Notes under the pieces: generated by a model
Databases searched by the model: none
The model's input: only the letters and a program-made list of their open reading frames with translations
Told to the model about the DNA's origin: nothing
Position numbers and translations under genes: made by a program
Shown: positions 28,245 to 37,721 of the stretch, piece by piece
How the letters are laid out: each line of letters opens with the position of its first letter
How positions within the stretch are numbered: the first letter of the stretch is position 1
Origin: Candidatus Poribacteria bacterium
GTDB taxonomy: Bacteria > Poribacteria > WGA-4E > WGA-3G
Assembly (NCBI GenBank): GCA_965205015.1
Contig: OZ242029.1
Location: 1,088,001-1,152,000 of the forward strand
Direction of reading: 5' to 3'
Length of the DNA: 64,000 bases

Positions 28245-29195
28245 ATGAAAATCGCCAAAAATCTGACAGACCTCATCGGGAATACACCAACGATCCGCCT
28301 GAATGCCTTGCCCGGTAAGGACGATGCAACCATCTTCGCGAAATTGGAGGCTTACAACCCGGGTGGCAGTATCAAGGACCGGATTAGTTATGCGATGGTC
28401 GTCGATGCCGAAGAACGCGGTATCCTGAGAAAAGGAGATACCATCGTTGAACCGACAGCGGGAAACACGGGTTTAGGACTCTCCATCGTTGGAATCGCAA
28501 GGGGTTATCCTGTCACTTTGACAATGCCAGAAAACGTCAGTCGTGAGAAATACGAACTCCTCTCCGCCTTTGGCGCGAAAATTGTGCTAACACCCGAACA
28601 CGGTGGCATGGCAAGTGCTATCTGGGAAGCAGAAGAGATCATCAGACGACACTCACGACACTATATGCCGAACCAGTTCACAAATCCTGCGAACCCGGAG
28701 ATCCATCGGCGCACGACTGCAGTCGAAATTCTCAAAGCCATCGGTAGCGACATCGATTTTTTTGTTACGGGAGTCGGGACAGGCGGTACATTGACAGGCG
28801 TTGGGGAAGTGCTGAAGACGGAATGCCCTGATGTGAAAGTTGTCGCAGTGGAACCGCGGGTCTCAGCCGTACTTTCCGGGGGTCTCCCGAATCCGACGCG
28901 AATTGATGGTCTCGGCGCGGGAATGATCCCCGAAGTGCTCAATGTAGATGTCATTGATGAAGTCATCACAGTCTCCGAAGAAGAAGCATATCAAACGATG
29001 AAATCAATTTCAACAAGCGAGGGTCTGTTAGTCGGTATGTCGTCGGGCGCGAATGTCTACGCTGCCTTACAGGTTGCAAAAGACCAAGGACCGGATAAAA
29101 CCGTCGTTACAATTCTCCCCGACACAGGGGAACGGTATTTCAGTTTGAGTCGTTACTTTGAAATCGAATCGGACATCATGGAGGCACTCCCTTAA
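28245..29195 (+). CDS. cysK: Cysteine synthase (PLP)
   Basis: LIGNTP, KLEAYNPGGSIKDR, EPTAGNTG, GVGTGGT, PDTGERY. Confidence 0.92.
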   Translation: MKIAKNLTDLIGNTPTIRLNALPGKDDATIFAKLEAYNPGGSIKDRISYAMVVDAEERGILRKGDTIVEPTAGNTGLGLSIVGIARGYPVTLTMPENVSREKYELLSAFGAKIVLTPEHGGMASAIWEAEEIIRRHSRHYMPNQFTNPANPEIHRRTTAVEILKAIGSDIDFFVTGVGTGGTLTGVGEVLKTECPDVKVVAVEPRVSAVLSGGLPNPTRIDGLGAGMIPEVLNVDVIDEVITVSEEEAYQTMKSISTSEGLLVGMSSGANVYAALQVAKDQGPDKTVVTILPDTGERYFSLSRYFEIESDIMEALP

Positions 29196-29271
29196 CCTAT
29201 CCTGTATGGAAACTAAGTGGAGTCTGCCTACTACTATGTTGTGGACGGCAGAACGGAGTCTGCCTACTACT

Positions 29272-30039
29272 ATGAAACCAATTGATGAAGAATTGAACTA
29301 TTCAGTAGACCACGCCCTCTGTCAAGAAATTGCCTTGACGGAGGCTCCTCAAGAAATTCTTTTCTCTCTGTTTAAGCGATTCAAAGAACGCGCCGCAATT
29401 GTCACAAGCGGACAACTTTCGGGCATGGTGCTGCTGCATCTGGCGGCAGAAAACCAATTGCCGTTCCGAGTCTGTACACTTGACACACTTCGACTCTTCC
29501 CCGAGACGTACACCTTCCTTGAACAGGTGGAAGCGCGTTACGGTATCCAGATTGAACAGATTCAGCCTGATCCGCAAGAAGTACAACAGATGGTGACAGA
29601 GCATGGGGAGTACCTGTTTTTTGACAGTAAAGCGAAGCAGGAATACTGTTGTAATATCCGAAAAGTTCGACCGATGCAACGGCTCTTGGAAACGCTGGAT
29701 GTCTGGATCACCGGCTTACGGCACGATCAGTCGGATGCGAGACAACAACTCCGAAAGGCAGAAATTATATCCTCAACGGAACATCCGGTGCTCAAGGTCA
29801 ATCCGCTCCTTCAGTGGACAAGCGAACAGGTATGGCAGTTTGTCCGTGAAAACGAAATTCCCGTGAATCCGTTGCTTGAAGCAGATACCCAAGGTCATTA
29901 TTATGAATCGCTTGGGTGTATCATTTGCACAACACCCATAAAACCAGGAGAACCGAAACGCGCCGGACGGTGGCGTTGGCAGAACGCGCCGTCTTCAGAA
30001 GAAAATACTAAAGAGTGTGGACTCCATTACTCGATTTAA
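29272..30039 (+). CDS. cysH: APS/PAPS reductase (4Fe-4S type)
   Basis: LDTLRLFPETY, CCNIRKVRP, WITGLRHDQS, SLGCIICT, RAGRW, KECGLH. Confidence 0.9.
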   Translation: MKPIDEELNYSVDHALCQEIALTEAPQEILFSLFKRFKERAAIVTSGQLSGMVLLHLAAENQLPFRVCTLDTLRLFPETYTFLEQVEARYGIQIEQIQPDPQEVQQMVTEHGEYLFFDSKAKQEYCCNIRKVRPMQRLLETLDVWITGLRHDQSDARQQLRKAEIISSTEHPVLKVNPLLQWTSEQVWQFVRENEIPVNPLLEADTQGHYYESLGCIICTTPIKPGEPKRAGRWRWQNAPSSEENTKECGLHYSI

Positions 30040-30160
30040 TGGCTGTCAGCAAGATGGCTGTCGACTGTCAGTAAAGAGGTTTCCTGATAAATTAGAGTCT
30101 TCTTTCTGACCGCTGATGACTAACGGCTGACGGCTAATAAAAAAGGAGAAAATATATTTC

Positions 30161-30442
30161 ATGGCTGTAACAGTTCGTATTCCAACCCCGCTGAGACGCT
30201 TGACACAAAACTTGGCAGAGGTTGAAGCAGAAGGTGCCAATATTGAAGGTATCATTGATAACCTTGAAGTAAACTATCCAGGGATGAAAGAACGTCTCTG
30301 TGATGACGGCGGAAACATCCGTCGGTTTGTAAATATCTATCTCAACGATGAAGACATCCGTTTCCTCGATGGAAAAGCGACGGCTGTCGAAGATGATGCC
30401 GAAATCTCAATTATTCCAGCGATCGCTGGCGGACTTTTTTAA
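30161..30442 (+). CDS. MoaD/ThiS/CysO-type sulfur carrier with C-terminal extension
   Basis: VRIPTPLR, RRFVNIYLNDEDIRFL, IIPAIAGG followed by LF. Confidence 0.9.
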   Translation: MAVTVRIPTPLRRLTQNLAEVEAEGANIEGIIDNLEVNYPGMKERLCDDGGNIRRFVNIYLNDEDIRFLDGKATAVEDDAEISIIPAIAGGLF

Positions 30443-30570
30443 GGATTGCTGAAGGATAGTCGTCAGTTTTCGGTTGTCGGTTAAGCACGCTTGTGGCAGT
30501 AACAGAAAATATACCTGCTACAAGCAATACTACCGAAAACTGTTAACCGATAACCGATAACCCATAACTA

Positions 30571-31032
30571 ATGACTGTAAAACCGGAAACCCTCAGCGAG
30601 ATTTGTGAGCACGCGAAATCGGAGTTTCCCGATGAATGCTGCGGTGTTATTCTGGGAACCGAAGCACAAGAATTCGTCCGGAAATGCCGGAACATACAGA
30701 ATGAACTGCATCAGGAAAACCCGGACACATACCCGCGCGATGCCCGCACAGCGTACGTCATACACCCTGATGATTTAATCGCCGTTCACAAAGAGGCTGA
30801 CACACAGCAACGGCAGATTAAGGCGTTTTACCACTCACACCCAAATCACGAGGCGTACTTCTCCGAAAAAGACAAAGCAGACGCAACCGTATGGGGTGAA
30901 CCCGCCTACCCGGGTGCCACATATCTGGTTATCTCCATTTACGATACCGAAATACGCGCAGTGAAGGCTTTCGCATGGGACGAAACAGCGAAAGATTTTA
31001 CTGAGGTTGACGGACCGCTTGAAGAACCCTAA
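30571..31032 (+). CDS. JAMM/MPN+ metalloprotease (Mec/CysO-cysteine peptidase-like)
   Basis: PDECCG and YHSHPNHEAYFSEKD (HxH-x7-S-x2-D). Confidence 0.9.
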   Translation: MTVKPETLSEICEHAKSEFPDECCGVILGTEAQEFVRKCRNIQNELHQENPDTYPRDARTAYVIHPDDLIAVHKEADTQQRQIKAFYHSHPNHEAYFSEKDKADATVWGEPAYPGATYLVISIYDTEIRAVKAFAWDETAKDFTEVDGPLEEP

Positions 31033-31080
31033 TACGGTAGAAGCGACTTCCCAATCACGCCCTTCTTCGAGGCAAGAACC

Positions 31081-33402
31081 ATGCAACGCTTGCGAGTTTT
31101 CTTGGTACAGCTTGCAAACAAAAGTCAGCAATTGATGCCGGACATGCGCGTTGTCAAAGCCCCTGCCTTCAAGTCCTACGTTGGACTTCTCACATTCTCC
31201 GCTGCCTCCCTTGCCATTGCCTTAGGAATAACCCTCAGTAAGATTCTCGTTTTTGAATACCATTCAAATTCCGGTGTCGTCGGCTGGCTCAGTGTGAATG
31301 CGTATCCGAAACAACAGGAATACTTTTTCTATCTGTTGGCACTGCTTGGAATCCCAGGAATAATATATCTGTACTGGCTCGGGTGGTGTATCTATTCGCG
31401 CTGGTGTGCAGAACGAACCGCCCAACCGATACAGCGTGTCCTGAAAGCAAACGCGCTGGCATCCATTCCGTTATGGCTCTGTTGGCTACAGGTCTACCAT
31501 ACCGGTCAGAGCATCCTAACAGGCTTACTCCTACCGATGAGTTTATCCATTCTGATTAAATTGGTGTTACTGTATCAGCGGTATTTCCCTACGCTGTGGA
31601 ATTCAGATGTTTCCGATGACAGAGACACCCGTAACGCAGCCTGCAACAACGGCGCAAGCGGATCAATAGAAAGGCAGCCGAATCCTGAACCTCACTTTAT
31701 AACTCTGCAAGGTATAATTAAAAAGCGGAGTGGACTTGAATACATCATCCTCCCGATTTTCATCTATCTCCTTACCTACTCTGGAGGCATCCACGGCAAA
31801 ATAGATTTATTCCACGAAGGTGAACGGCTTGCACCTCTCAATGAAATGCTGCACGGCGCGGTGCCGTTCCGGGATATCTACATCCAGCACGGACTCTTCC
31901 AAAACGCTTACCTGGCATGGTTTGGTAGCCAACTCTTTGAACCGACCCTGTTCGGTGTGCGTTCAATGGAGGACATATTGGACCCACTCGGCTATGTTGC
32001 TCTCTACGTGCTCGGTTTGCAAGTATTCCGAGGTAGATTTTTGACGGCTCTTATCTGCGTGCTGATTGCCTCTGGAACGGAGTTTTGGGTATCTGCAAGG
32101 CACAGCCTCGGTTTAATCAGTTTTGCCCTTGTAGCGAGCTCCCTTACGCACTTCCAAAGGACCCGCCCGAACAAGGTCCCTTCATTTGTATGGAAATTGC
32201 TCCTCGCTGGACTCTCCACAAGTTTGGCGTTCTGGTATAGCACTGAGATCGGACTCTACACGCTGGGTGCCATCGGATTGTTCTTGGTGATATATGTGTT
32301 TCAAGGCGGCTTTAGAACCGAGGGTGGAAACAGGCGAAGCCAACAGGAAAAAAATAGGAGAGAATACCTATTACCCCTAATCAGTTATAGTTGCGGGGTG
32401 CTGTTCGGTTTTTTCTCAGTAGGCATCTATTTTCTATGGCACGGTGCCTTGGATGATGTCATCTGGAATTCCTATATCCAGTGTCGCTATCAACTCGCAA
32501 CGTGGGGACTCGCCTTTCCATCTCTATCGGAAACACTTACCCTACTGCCGACAGCGGGTTGGCATGCTTTCATCTTCAGCGAAGGATTTCGATGGTATCT
32601 GCCGGTTTGTATCTTTCTGATTGTCGCGGCGTACCTAACATATCGGTGCCTATGTGGCACTGCATCAGAACCGAACGCGATGAAGCTCCTACTTCTATTG
32701 CTCGGTGGTATCGCATTCTTCCGAACCGCATTGGGACGTTCAGATGGTGGTCATCTGATTTACGGTGCGACTTTTTTATGGCTGCTCTGTCTGTTTCCAT
32801 TAGAGAGCGGAATTTTCAGAATGTTCCGGACGGCTCTATCGTTTTTAAGGGGCAACGGACGTTGGCAGTCCGCAGTGAAGGCGGCATGGGTGCTGATCCC
32901 GACAGCAATATTCTGTTGGTATGTTGGGGAAGCGCATCAGCCGCTGGCAGGTTTTCGTGAGAAATGGCAAAGGTTGCGCCAGAATCCATTCAAACAACGC
33001 GTCGTAACGCAGGAATTAGCGCGTGCAGGAAAGGTGGACATCCCGGACGATCAGGTTGAACAGGTTCAAAAGGTGGTTGCTTATATTCGGGAAAACACAG
33101 CAGAGAATGAAAAGATTTTCGATTTCACGAGTCAGGGGGCTTACTACTTCTTCGCAAACCGACTGAGTGTCACCCGATTCCATCAAGTTTCGTATGCCTC
33201 GACACCGGAGATGCAGCAAGAAGTCATCGGCGCTCTTGAACGAGACAAAACGCGCTTAGTGATTTTTAAAACGGGCGGATGGTTCGATGCCGTCGACGAT
33301 ATCCCTGTCGAGGAACGGCATCCGTTGATCGCAGCATACCTGCAGGAGAACTATGCGCTGGCGGTGAACATTAACGAAACGGAGATTTTACTGCGGAAAT
33401 GA
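31081..33402 (+). CDS. Polytopic membrane protein, GT-C-like glycosyltransferase candidate
   Basis: Many TM helices; DLFHEGE...VPFRDIYIQHG loop; C-terminal soluble domain with YYFFANR. Confidence 0.6.
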   Translation: MQRLRVFLVQLANKSQQLMPDMRVVKAPAFKSYVGLLTFSAASLAIALGITLSKILVFEYHSNSGVVGWLSVNAYPKQQEYFFYLLALLGIPGIIYLYWLGWCIYSRWCAERTAQPIQRVLKANALASIPLWLCWLQVYHTGQSILTGLLLPMSLSILIKLVLLYQRYFPTLWNSDVSDDRDTRNAACNNGASGSIERQPNPEPHFITLQGIIKKRSGLEYIILPIFIYLLTYSGGIHGKIDLFHEGERLAPLNEMLHGAVPFRDIYIQHGLFQNAYLAWFGSQLFEPTLFGVRSMEDILDPLGYVALYVLGLQVFRGRFLTALICVLIASGTEFWVSARHSLGLISFALVASSLTHFQRTRPNKVPSFVWKLLLAGLSTSLAFWYSTEIGLYTLGAIGLFLVIYVFQGGFRTEGGNRRSQQEKNRREYLLPLISYSCGVLFGFFSVGIYFLWHGALDDVIWNSYIQCRYQLATWGLAFPSLSETLTLLPTAGWHAFIFSEGFRWYLPVCIFLIVAAYLTYRCLCGTASEPNAMKLLLLLLGGIAFFRTALGRSDGGHLIYGATFLWLLCLFPLESGIFRMFRTALSFLRGNGRWQSAVKAAWVLIPTAIFCWYVGEAHQPLAGFREKWQRLRQNPFKQRVVTQELARAGKVDIPDDQVEQVQKVVAYIRENTAENEKIFDFTSQGAYYFFANRLSVTRFHQVSYASTPEMQQEVIGALERDKTRLVIFKTGGWFDAVDDIPVEERHPLIAAYLQENYALAVNINETEILLRK

Positions 33403-33463
33403 TCCCATTCACAGGGTCCCGTTCAACCCAACCTACGCGCTACACTCCGACACCCGACAACCA

Positions 33464-34525
33464 TTATTGCTGTTCAACAAAGATCCTGTAGATATCCTCA
33501 AAGAGTCTGACATCGGTGAGGGTATCCTCAGCTGAAGAGCGGAACGGTTCATCGTTGCGGAGGTTCGCTACAAAGTATTCGGCTTCCCTGTGATACGCCC
33601 AGGTCCAACTCGGTCTCGGAATCGGACGGGTGATTTCCTGTTCCTCCCCGGCACGATAGACCTCGACCTCTGCAGGCGTGTTTTTCAAAAGCAACGGCGG
33701 TGCCCACGTGTGAACCCAGCCGTTCTCAAAATAGATTTGGCTATGCTCATCCCAGCGATAATGCGAGACATGTCCGGTCTCTAACGTCACACGGATGCCG
33801 TCCATATCAAAGATAACAATCCCAGAGTATCCATTCGCGTCCAAATCAACAACTTTGACGCTCACTTTGTCGCCAGCATCAAGAAACCAGCGCATCAGAT
33901 TGATATTGTGCGTGTACTGTTGAAGGTATCCTAAATAAGAACCTCGGTACTGCTCGGGTATCCATTCTGGGGTTTTGACGGGTGCGCTCGGCTTTGCTTC
34001 TGTTGTTCCATCCATGTGGGTATCAAGATTACACACCCAATCCCCACCGAAGCCGTGATTTCTTGCATACGTCAAGCGTCCGAGTTCGCCTGTTTCTCGG
34101 AATTGCGCAACTTTTGTCTTGACGATCTCGTTTCCGGCATCGTACCGTTTCATGTAGCCGACCATCAACTTTTTGCCGGACTTTTGTGAGGCTGCTACAA
34201 TCGCCTCGGCTTGTTCGACAGAAACGGCCATCGGTTTCTCCATAAAAACGTGCTTACCTGATAGAAGGAGATCCCTCGCGATTTCACCTTGCAATGCGAA
34301 ATCAGCGGATACCGCGACGGCTTCAATATCGGCGTTTTGTGCGAGCGCCTCGTGGTCCCGGTAGAGGTGGGGAATCCCGAAACGGCTTTGGACTTTCTTA
34401 CCGAGTTCAGTGCGGACCTCGGCGAGTCCGATGAGTTCACAGTCTGCGATGCTCGTAAAGTTTGGAATGTGGACCTTTTGTGCCATGAACCCACAGCCGA
34501 TATAACCGAGTCGAATCTTTTCCAT
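33464..34525 (-). CDS. Gfo/Idh/MocA oxidoreductase
   Basis: IGCGFMA, HVFMEKPMA, VGYMKRYD. Confidence 0.9.
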   Translation of the reverse strand: MEKIRLGYIGCGFMAQKVHIPNFTSIADCELIGLAEVRTELGKKVQSRFGIPHLYRDHEALAQNADIEAVAVSADFALQGEIARDLLLSGKHVFMEKPMAVSVEQAEAIVAASQKSGKKLMVGYMKRYDAGNEIVKTKVAQFRETGELGRLTYARNHGFGGDWVCNLDTHMDGTTEAKPSAPVKTPEWIPEQYRGSYLGYLQQYTHNINLMRWFLDAGDKVSVKVVDLDANGYSGIVIFDMDGIRVTLETGHVSHYRWDEHSQIYFENGWVHTWAPPLLLKNTPAEVEVYRAGEEQEITRPIPRPSWTWAYHREAEYFVANLRNDEPFRSSAEDTLTDVRLFEDIYRIFVEQQ

Positions 34526-34713
34526 GTTTTTAATTTTCCTTGCGGTTCAGTGAAGCGGGTTTGGACATTAACGTGCCTCCCCATAGAGTTGAAGAAACAT
34601 TTTCTTCGCATTGGATTTCAGCGTTTGCAAAAACCCTTCCACTTCTTTTCGTAAATGCCCAAGCAAAACACTTGGTTTTCTGGATTAGTGTGACAATTGA
34701 TCCCTAACCACCC

Positions 34714-35151
34714 TTAAGACAGGCGCGATTCTATCTGTTCAACGGCGGTTTTAGCCCCTTCCCGCACGAGTGCGGAGGCATCGTCTCGGGCGAGTTGCTT
34801 CAATTTTCCGAGGCTGAGGCTCGCTTCCAGTTTACCGAGGGCGACTGCGACGAAGTAGCGGACATCGGCATCCTCGTCATCCAATGCTTCTAAGAGTGCG
34901 TTTGCATCCGTTAGCGTGGCGAGGTGTCGATCGCCATCGCCGATATTAATCAACGCTTGCGCGGCGAGCCGCCGCGAATGGATGTCTCCGTGAAGGAGAG
35001 AGGAGAGCAACTCGTCGTTACCTTTGGGAATGACACTGAGGTTATCCCAGTCACAATCCAAACAGAACCATGAATTACCATCCAATCGCCGGAGATTCGC
35101 ATTTCCACACGAGGGGCATGCCCCAAATTCCTGTTGCTGACTCATATCCAT
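34714..35151 (-). CDS. Zn-ribbon plus HEAT-repeat protein
   Basis: CPSC...CLDC; LLEALDDEDADVRYFVAVALG. Confidence 0.75.
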   Translation of the reverse strand: MDMSQQQEFGACPSCGNANLRRLDGNSWFCLDCDWDNLSVIPKGNDELLSSLLHGDIHSRRLAAQALINIGDGDRHLATLTDANALLEALDDEDADVRYFVAVALGKLEASLSLGKLKQLARDDASALVREGAKTAVEQIESRLS

Positions 35152-35196
35152 TGTCCTTGGTTACGGCACACAATGTGTGCTCACTACATTTCCAGT

Positions 35197-35598
35197 TCAC
35201 ACATTTTCAGGCGTCACAGTTTCCTCGACCATCGGGTTCCCTTCCAGTTCTGGGAGTTCGCGCCAGATTTCAGGACCCTCTGGCTTGAAATTAATGGTCG
35301 CAATGAACTGCATTCCGTGATAGAAGTTGATTTTGAATTTACCACCGCCGAAATTTTTCCTGAGATATTCCAATGGTGCCTCAATCAACGGACCCATTTC
35401 GTCTGCATGATAGAAAGCGAGCGGTTTAAACCGCACTGTATTGCCCACCGGTTCTTGGACGAGTAACTGTGCCGACGTCGCGGGAAAAAGCACTTGAAAG
35501 GCTTGCCAAAGGTCGGAAACAGTAGGCTCTAACTTCCCGATGCGTTTTTTAAAGTCGTTCTCAAGATATTCTGAGAAGGTGTTGAAAACCCAGTCCAT
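35197..35598 (-). CDS. Conserved hypothetical protein
   Basis: Co-oriented 133-aa ORF with globular composition (FGGGKFKINFY). Confidence 0.6.
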   Translation of the reverse strand: MDWVFNTFSEYLENDFKKRIGKLEPTVSDLWQAFQVLFPATSAQLLVQEPVGNTVRFKPLAFYHADEMGPLIEAPLEYLRKNFGGGKFKINFYHGMQFIATINFKPEGPEIWRELPELEGNPMVEETVTPENV

Positions 35599-35691
35599 GA
35601 TTTAACCATCCGACAACTATTACAGCGGTGCCTTTAAGAAGTCCTTCCAATCAAAATTGGGCAGAGGAAACTCCTCTGTGGCTTCGCATTG

Positions 35692-36105
35692 TCAAAATGT
35701 CGCCGCTTTCTCGAAAAATTCAATATCCACACGTTCAACGCCGGCTTGCCGTGCATTCTCAGCGACGCGCTGGACAACCATCTCACGGACAAACGGAATC
35801 GGTATCCGCTTGACCCGATGCTCGACTTCCTCTGTACAAGGCATCGTGGTGTTGTCGAGGAAAGGACCATCTTGAAGGGCAACTTCAGCAGGATGGTCGC
35901 AGGTCTCTGGCACGAGTTGTTGTAGTCGCATTGAGACGTAATTCGTCACCCACTGCTTAAACTCTTCCGTTTTCTCGGTATCAACAGTACTAACCTCGGA
36001 ACGCTGTTCCAACTTTTCGTTGATACTAACGAGTAGGCTCTCCAGACGTGTCAAGCGTTCTTCTACATTCGTAAGCCGTTCGTGTGCATTTGTTTGTTTA
36101 TTCAT
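35692..36105 (-). CDS. Coiled-coil plus PCP_red (BchB C-terminal-like) domain protein
   Basis: TEEVEHRVKRIPIPFVREMVVQRVAENARQAG. Confidence 0.7.
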   Translation of the reverse strand: MNKQTNAHERLTNVEERLTRLESLLVSINEKLEQRSEVSTVDTEKTEEFKQWVTNYVSMRLQQLVPETCDHPAEVALQDGPFLDNTTMPCTEEVEHRVKRIPIPFVREMVVQRVAENARQAGVERVDIEFFEKAATF

Positions 36106-36115
36106 GTTCTTCTCC

Positions 36116-36835
36116 TTAAATTACCCAATACTTCCAGAGGTCTTCCGGAATTTCGTATTTAATCTCCTCCCGTTTTTCATGGGAGTAGCGTGCGAAAATC
36201 CCAAAACGGGGAACGTCTCTTATATTCGCTGACCCGGTATGGCACAGGAACGCATGCCACAACACAACATCACCCGCAGCCCCGATAAACTCACAAGGTC
36301 CCTCCGGCGATAAATCCGAGAGTACATGCCACCCCCAATCCTCAATATCGTAGAAACTGCCATCAATCTGTTCCGGATATTGCAGGAAGTACTTGTGGGT
36401 TGAATAGTGGCTCTGGGGCCAAAAGACGAAGGCACCACCGCCGGGTTCGACATCATAGAGGTAGGTTGTTGCCCCCAGCATAAAAGGACTCCAGCCACCG
36501 GGACCGTAGGCGTCAATGTGTCCGCTACCGGGCATCGACCATTCCTCTTCAGGGTTAGGCCACTTGACGAGCGGTGAACCACCACCGCCTGTAAATTGCC
36601 CACCCCCCAGTTGCTCGGTAATCTCCTGCATCACAGGCAATTGTCCGAACAGTGGCGAAAAACTGAAGTTCTGCACCACGTAATCGTTGGGCCATGTCTC
36701 GGGTGCTTCCAAGCTGGAATTAAAATGGTTCCATACCTGGGTCCGCCATCCGTCAATTATCTCAGGATCGATTAAATTCTTAAGGATAAGGTATCCATGC
36801 TCCTGAAAAAATGCGATCTGTTCTGTTGTAAGCAT
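36116..36835 (-). CDS. Phytanoyl-CoA dioxygenase (PhyH) family, copy 2
   Basis: MLTTEQIAFFQEHGYLIL, GHID, GDVVLWHAFLCHTGSAN...PR. Confidence 0.88.
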   Translation of the reverse strand: MLTTEQIAFFQEHGYLILKNLIDPEIIDGWRTQVWNHFNSSLEAPETWPNDYVVQNFSFSPLFGQLPVMQEITEQLGGGQFTGGGGSPLVKWPNPEEEWSMPGSGHIDAYGPGGWSPFMLGATTYLYDVEPGGGAFVFWPQSHYSTHKYFLQYPEQIDGSFYDIEDWGWHVLSDLSPEGPCEFIGAAGDVVLWHAFLCHTGSANIRDVPRFGIFARYSHEKREEIKYEIPEDLWKYWVI

Positions 36836-36881
36836 CTCGGTTTCCTCTATCAGCAAACGGCTGATAACTGACAACCATTTC

Positions 36882-37607
36882 TTAAATTGCCCAATATTTC
36901 CAGAGATCCTCTGGAATCTCGTATTTAATCTCTTCCCGTTTTTCATGCGCATAACGAGCAAAGAGACCAAAACGGGGAACATCCCTCACATTTGCCGACC
37001 CGGTGTGGCAGAGAAAGGCGTGCCACAGCACAACATCCCCCGCAGCACCAATAAATTCGCGGGGTCCCTCCGGCGATAAATCCGAGAGCACGCGCCAATC
37101 CCACCCCTCAATATCGTAGAAACTGCCGTCAATCTGCTCCGGATATTGGCGGAAGTATTTGTGTGTCGACTGATGGCTTCGGGGCCAAAAGATGAAAGCA
37201 CCGCCTTTGGGTTCAGCATCATAGAGATAGGTGGTTGCCCCCAACATAAACGGACTCCAGCCCGCGACAGCCCCATAGGCATCAATGTGCCCGTCATTGG
37301 GCAGTGCCCACTCCTCTTCAGGATTGGGCCATTTGATGATCGGTGAGCCGCCACCGCCTGTAAAAAACTGTCCGCCACCGAGCTGCTCGGCAATCTCTTC
37401 CATCACAGGCAGATGCCCAAATAACGGCGAGAAGGTGAAGCCCGGAATCTCATAGTCGTTGGGCCACGTCTCCGGTGTTTCTAAACTGGAATTAAAATGC
37501 TCCCATACCTGGGTCCGCCATCCGTCAACCACTTCAGGGTCGATTAAATTCTTAAGGATAAGGTATCCATATTCCTGAAAAAATGCGATCTGTTTTGTTG
37601 TCAGCAT
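36882..37607 (-). CDS. Phytanoyl-CoA dioxygenase (PhyH) family, copy 1
   Basis: Highly similar tandem paralog with the same HxD...H...R motifs. Confidence 0.88.
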   Translation of the reverse strand: MLTTKQIAFFQEYGYLILKNLIDPEVVDGWRTQVWEHFNSSLETPETWPNDYEIPGFTFSPLFGHLPVMEEIAEQLGGGQFFTGGGGSPIIKWPNPEEEWALPNDGHIDAYGAVAGWSPFMLGATTYLYDAEPKGGAFIFWPRSHQSTHKYFRQYPEQIDGSFYDIEGWDWRVLSDLSPEGPREFIGAAGDVVLWHAFLCHTGSANVRDVPRFGLFARYAHEKREEIKYEIPEDLWKYWAI

Positions 37608-37721
37608 ACGACTCTCCTTCTCTCTATAACACCAAAAACGAAGCCCGTAAGCAAAGCGGAGGGCGGATTTGAGAAAGGCACTTCAAAGTTCAAACGCACG
37701 GCGTTTAACCGTAAGGAAAAA

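Noticed and set aside
30161-31032. Ubiquitin-like plus JAB pair as a Bil/CBASS-type defence system
   Set aside because: No E1/E2 or cyclase nearby; the cysK/cysH context points to sulfur transfer.
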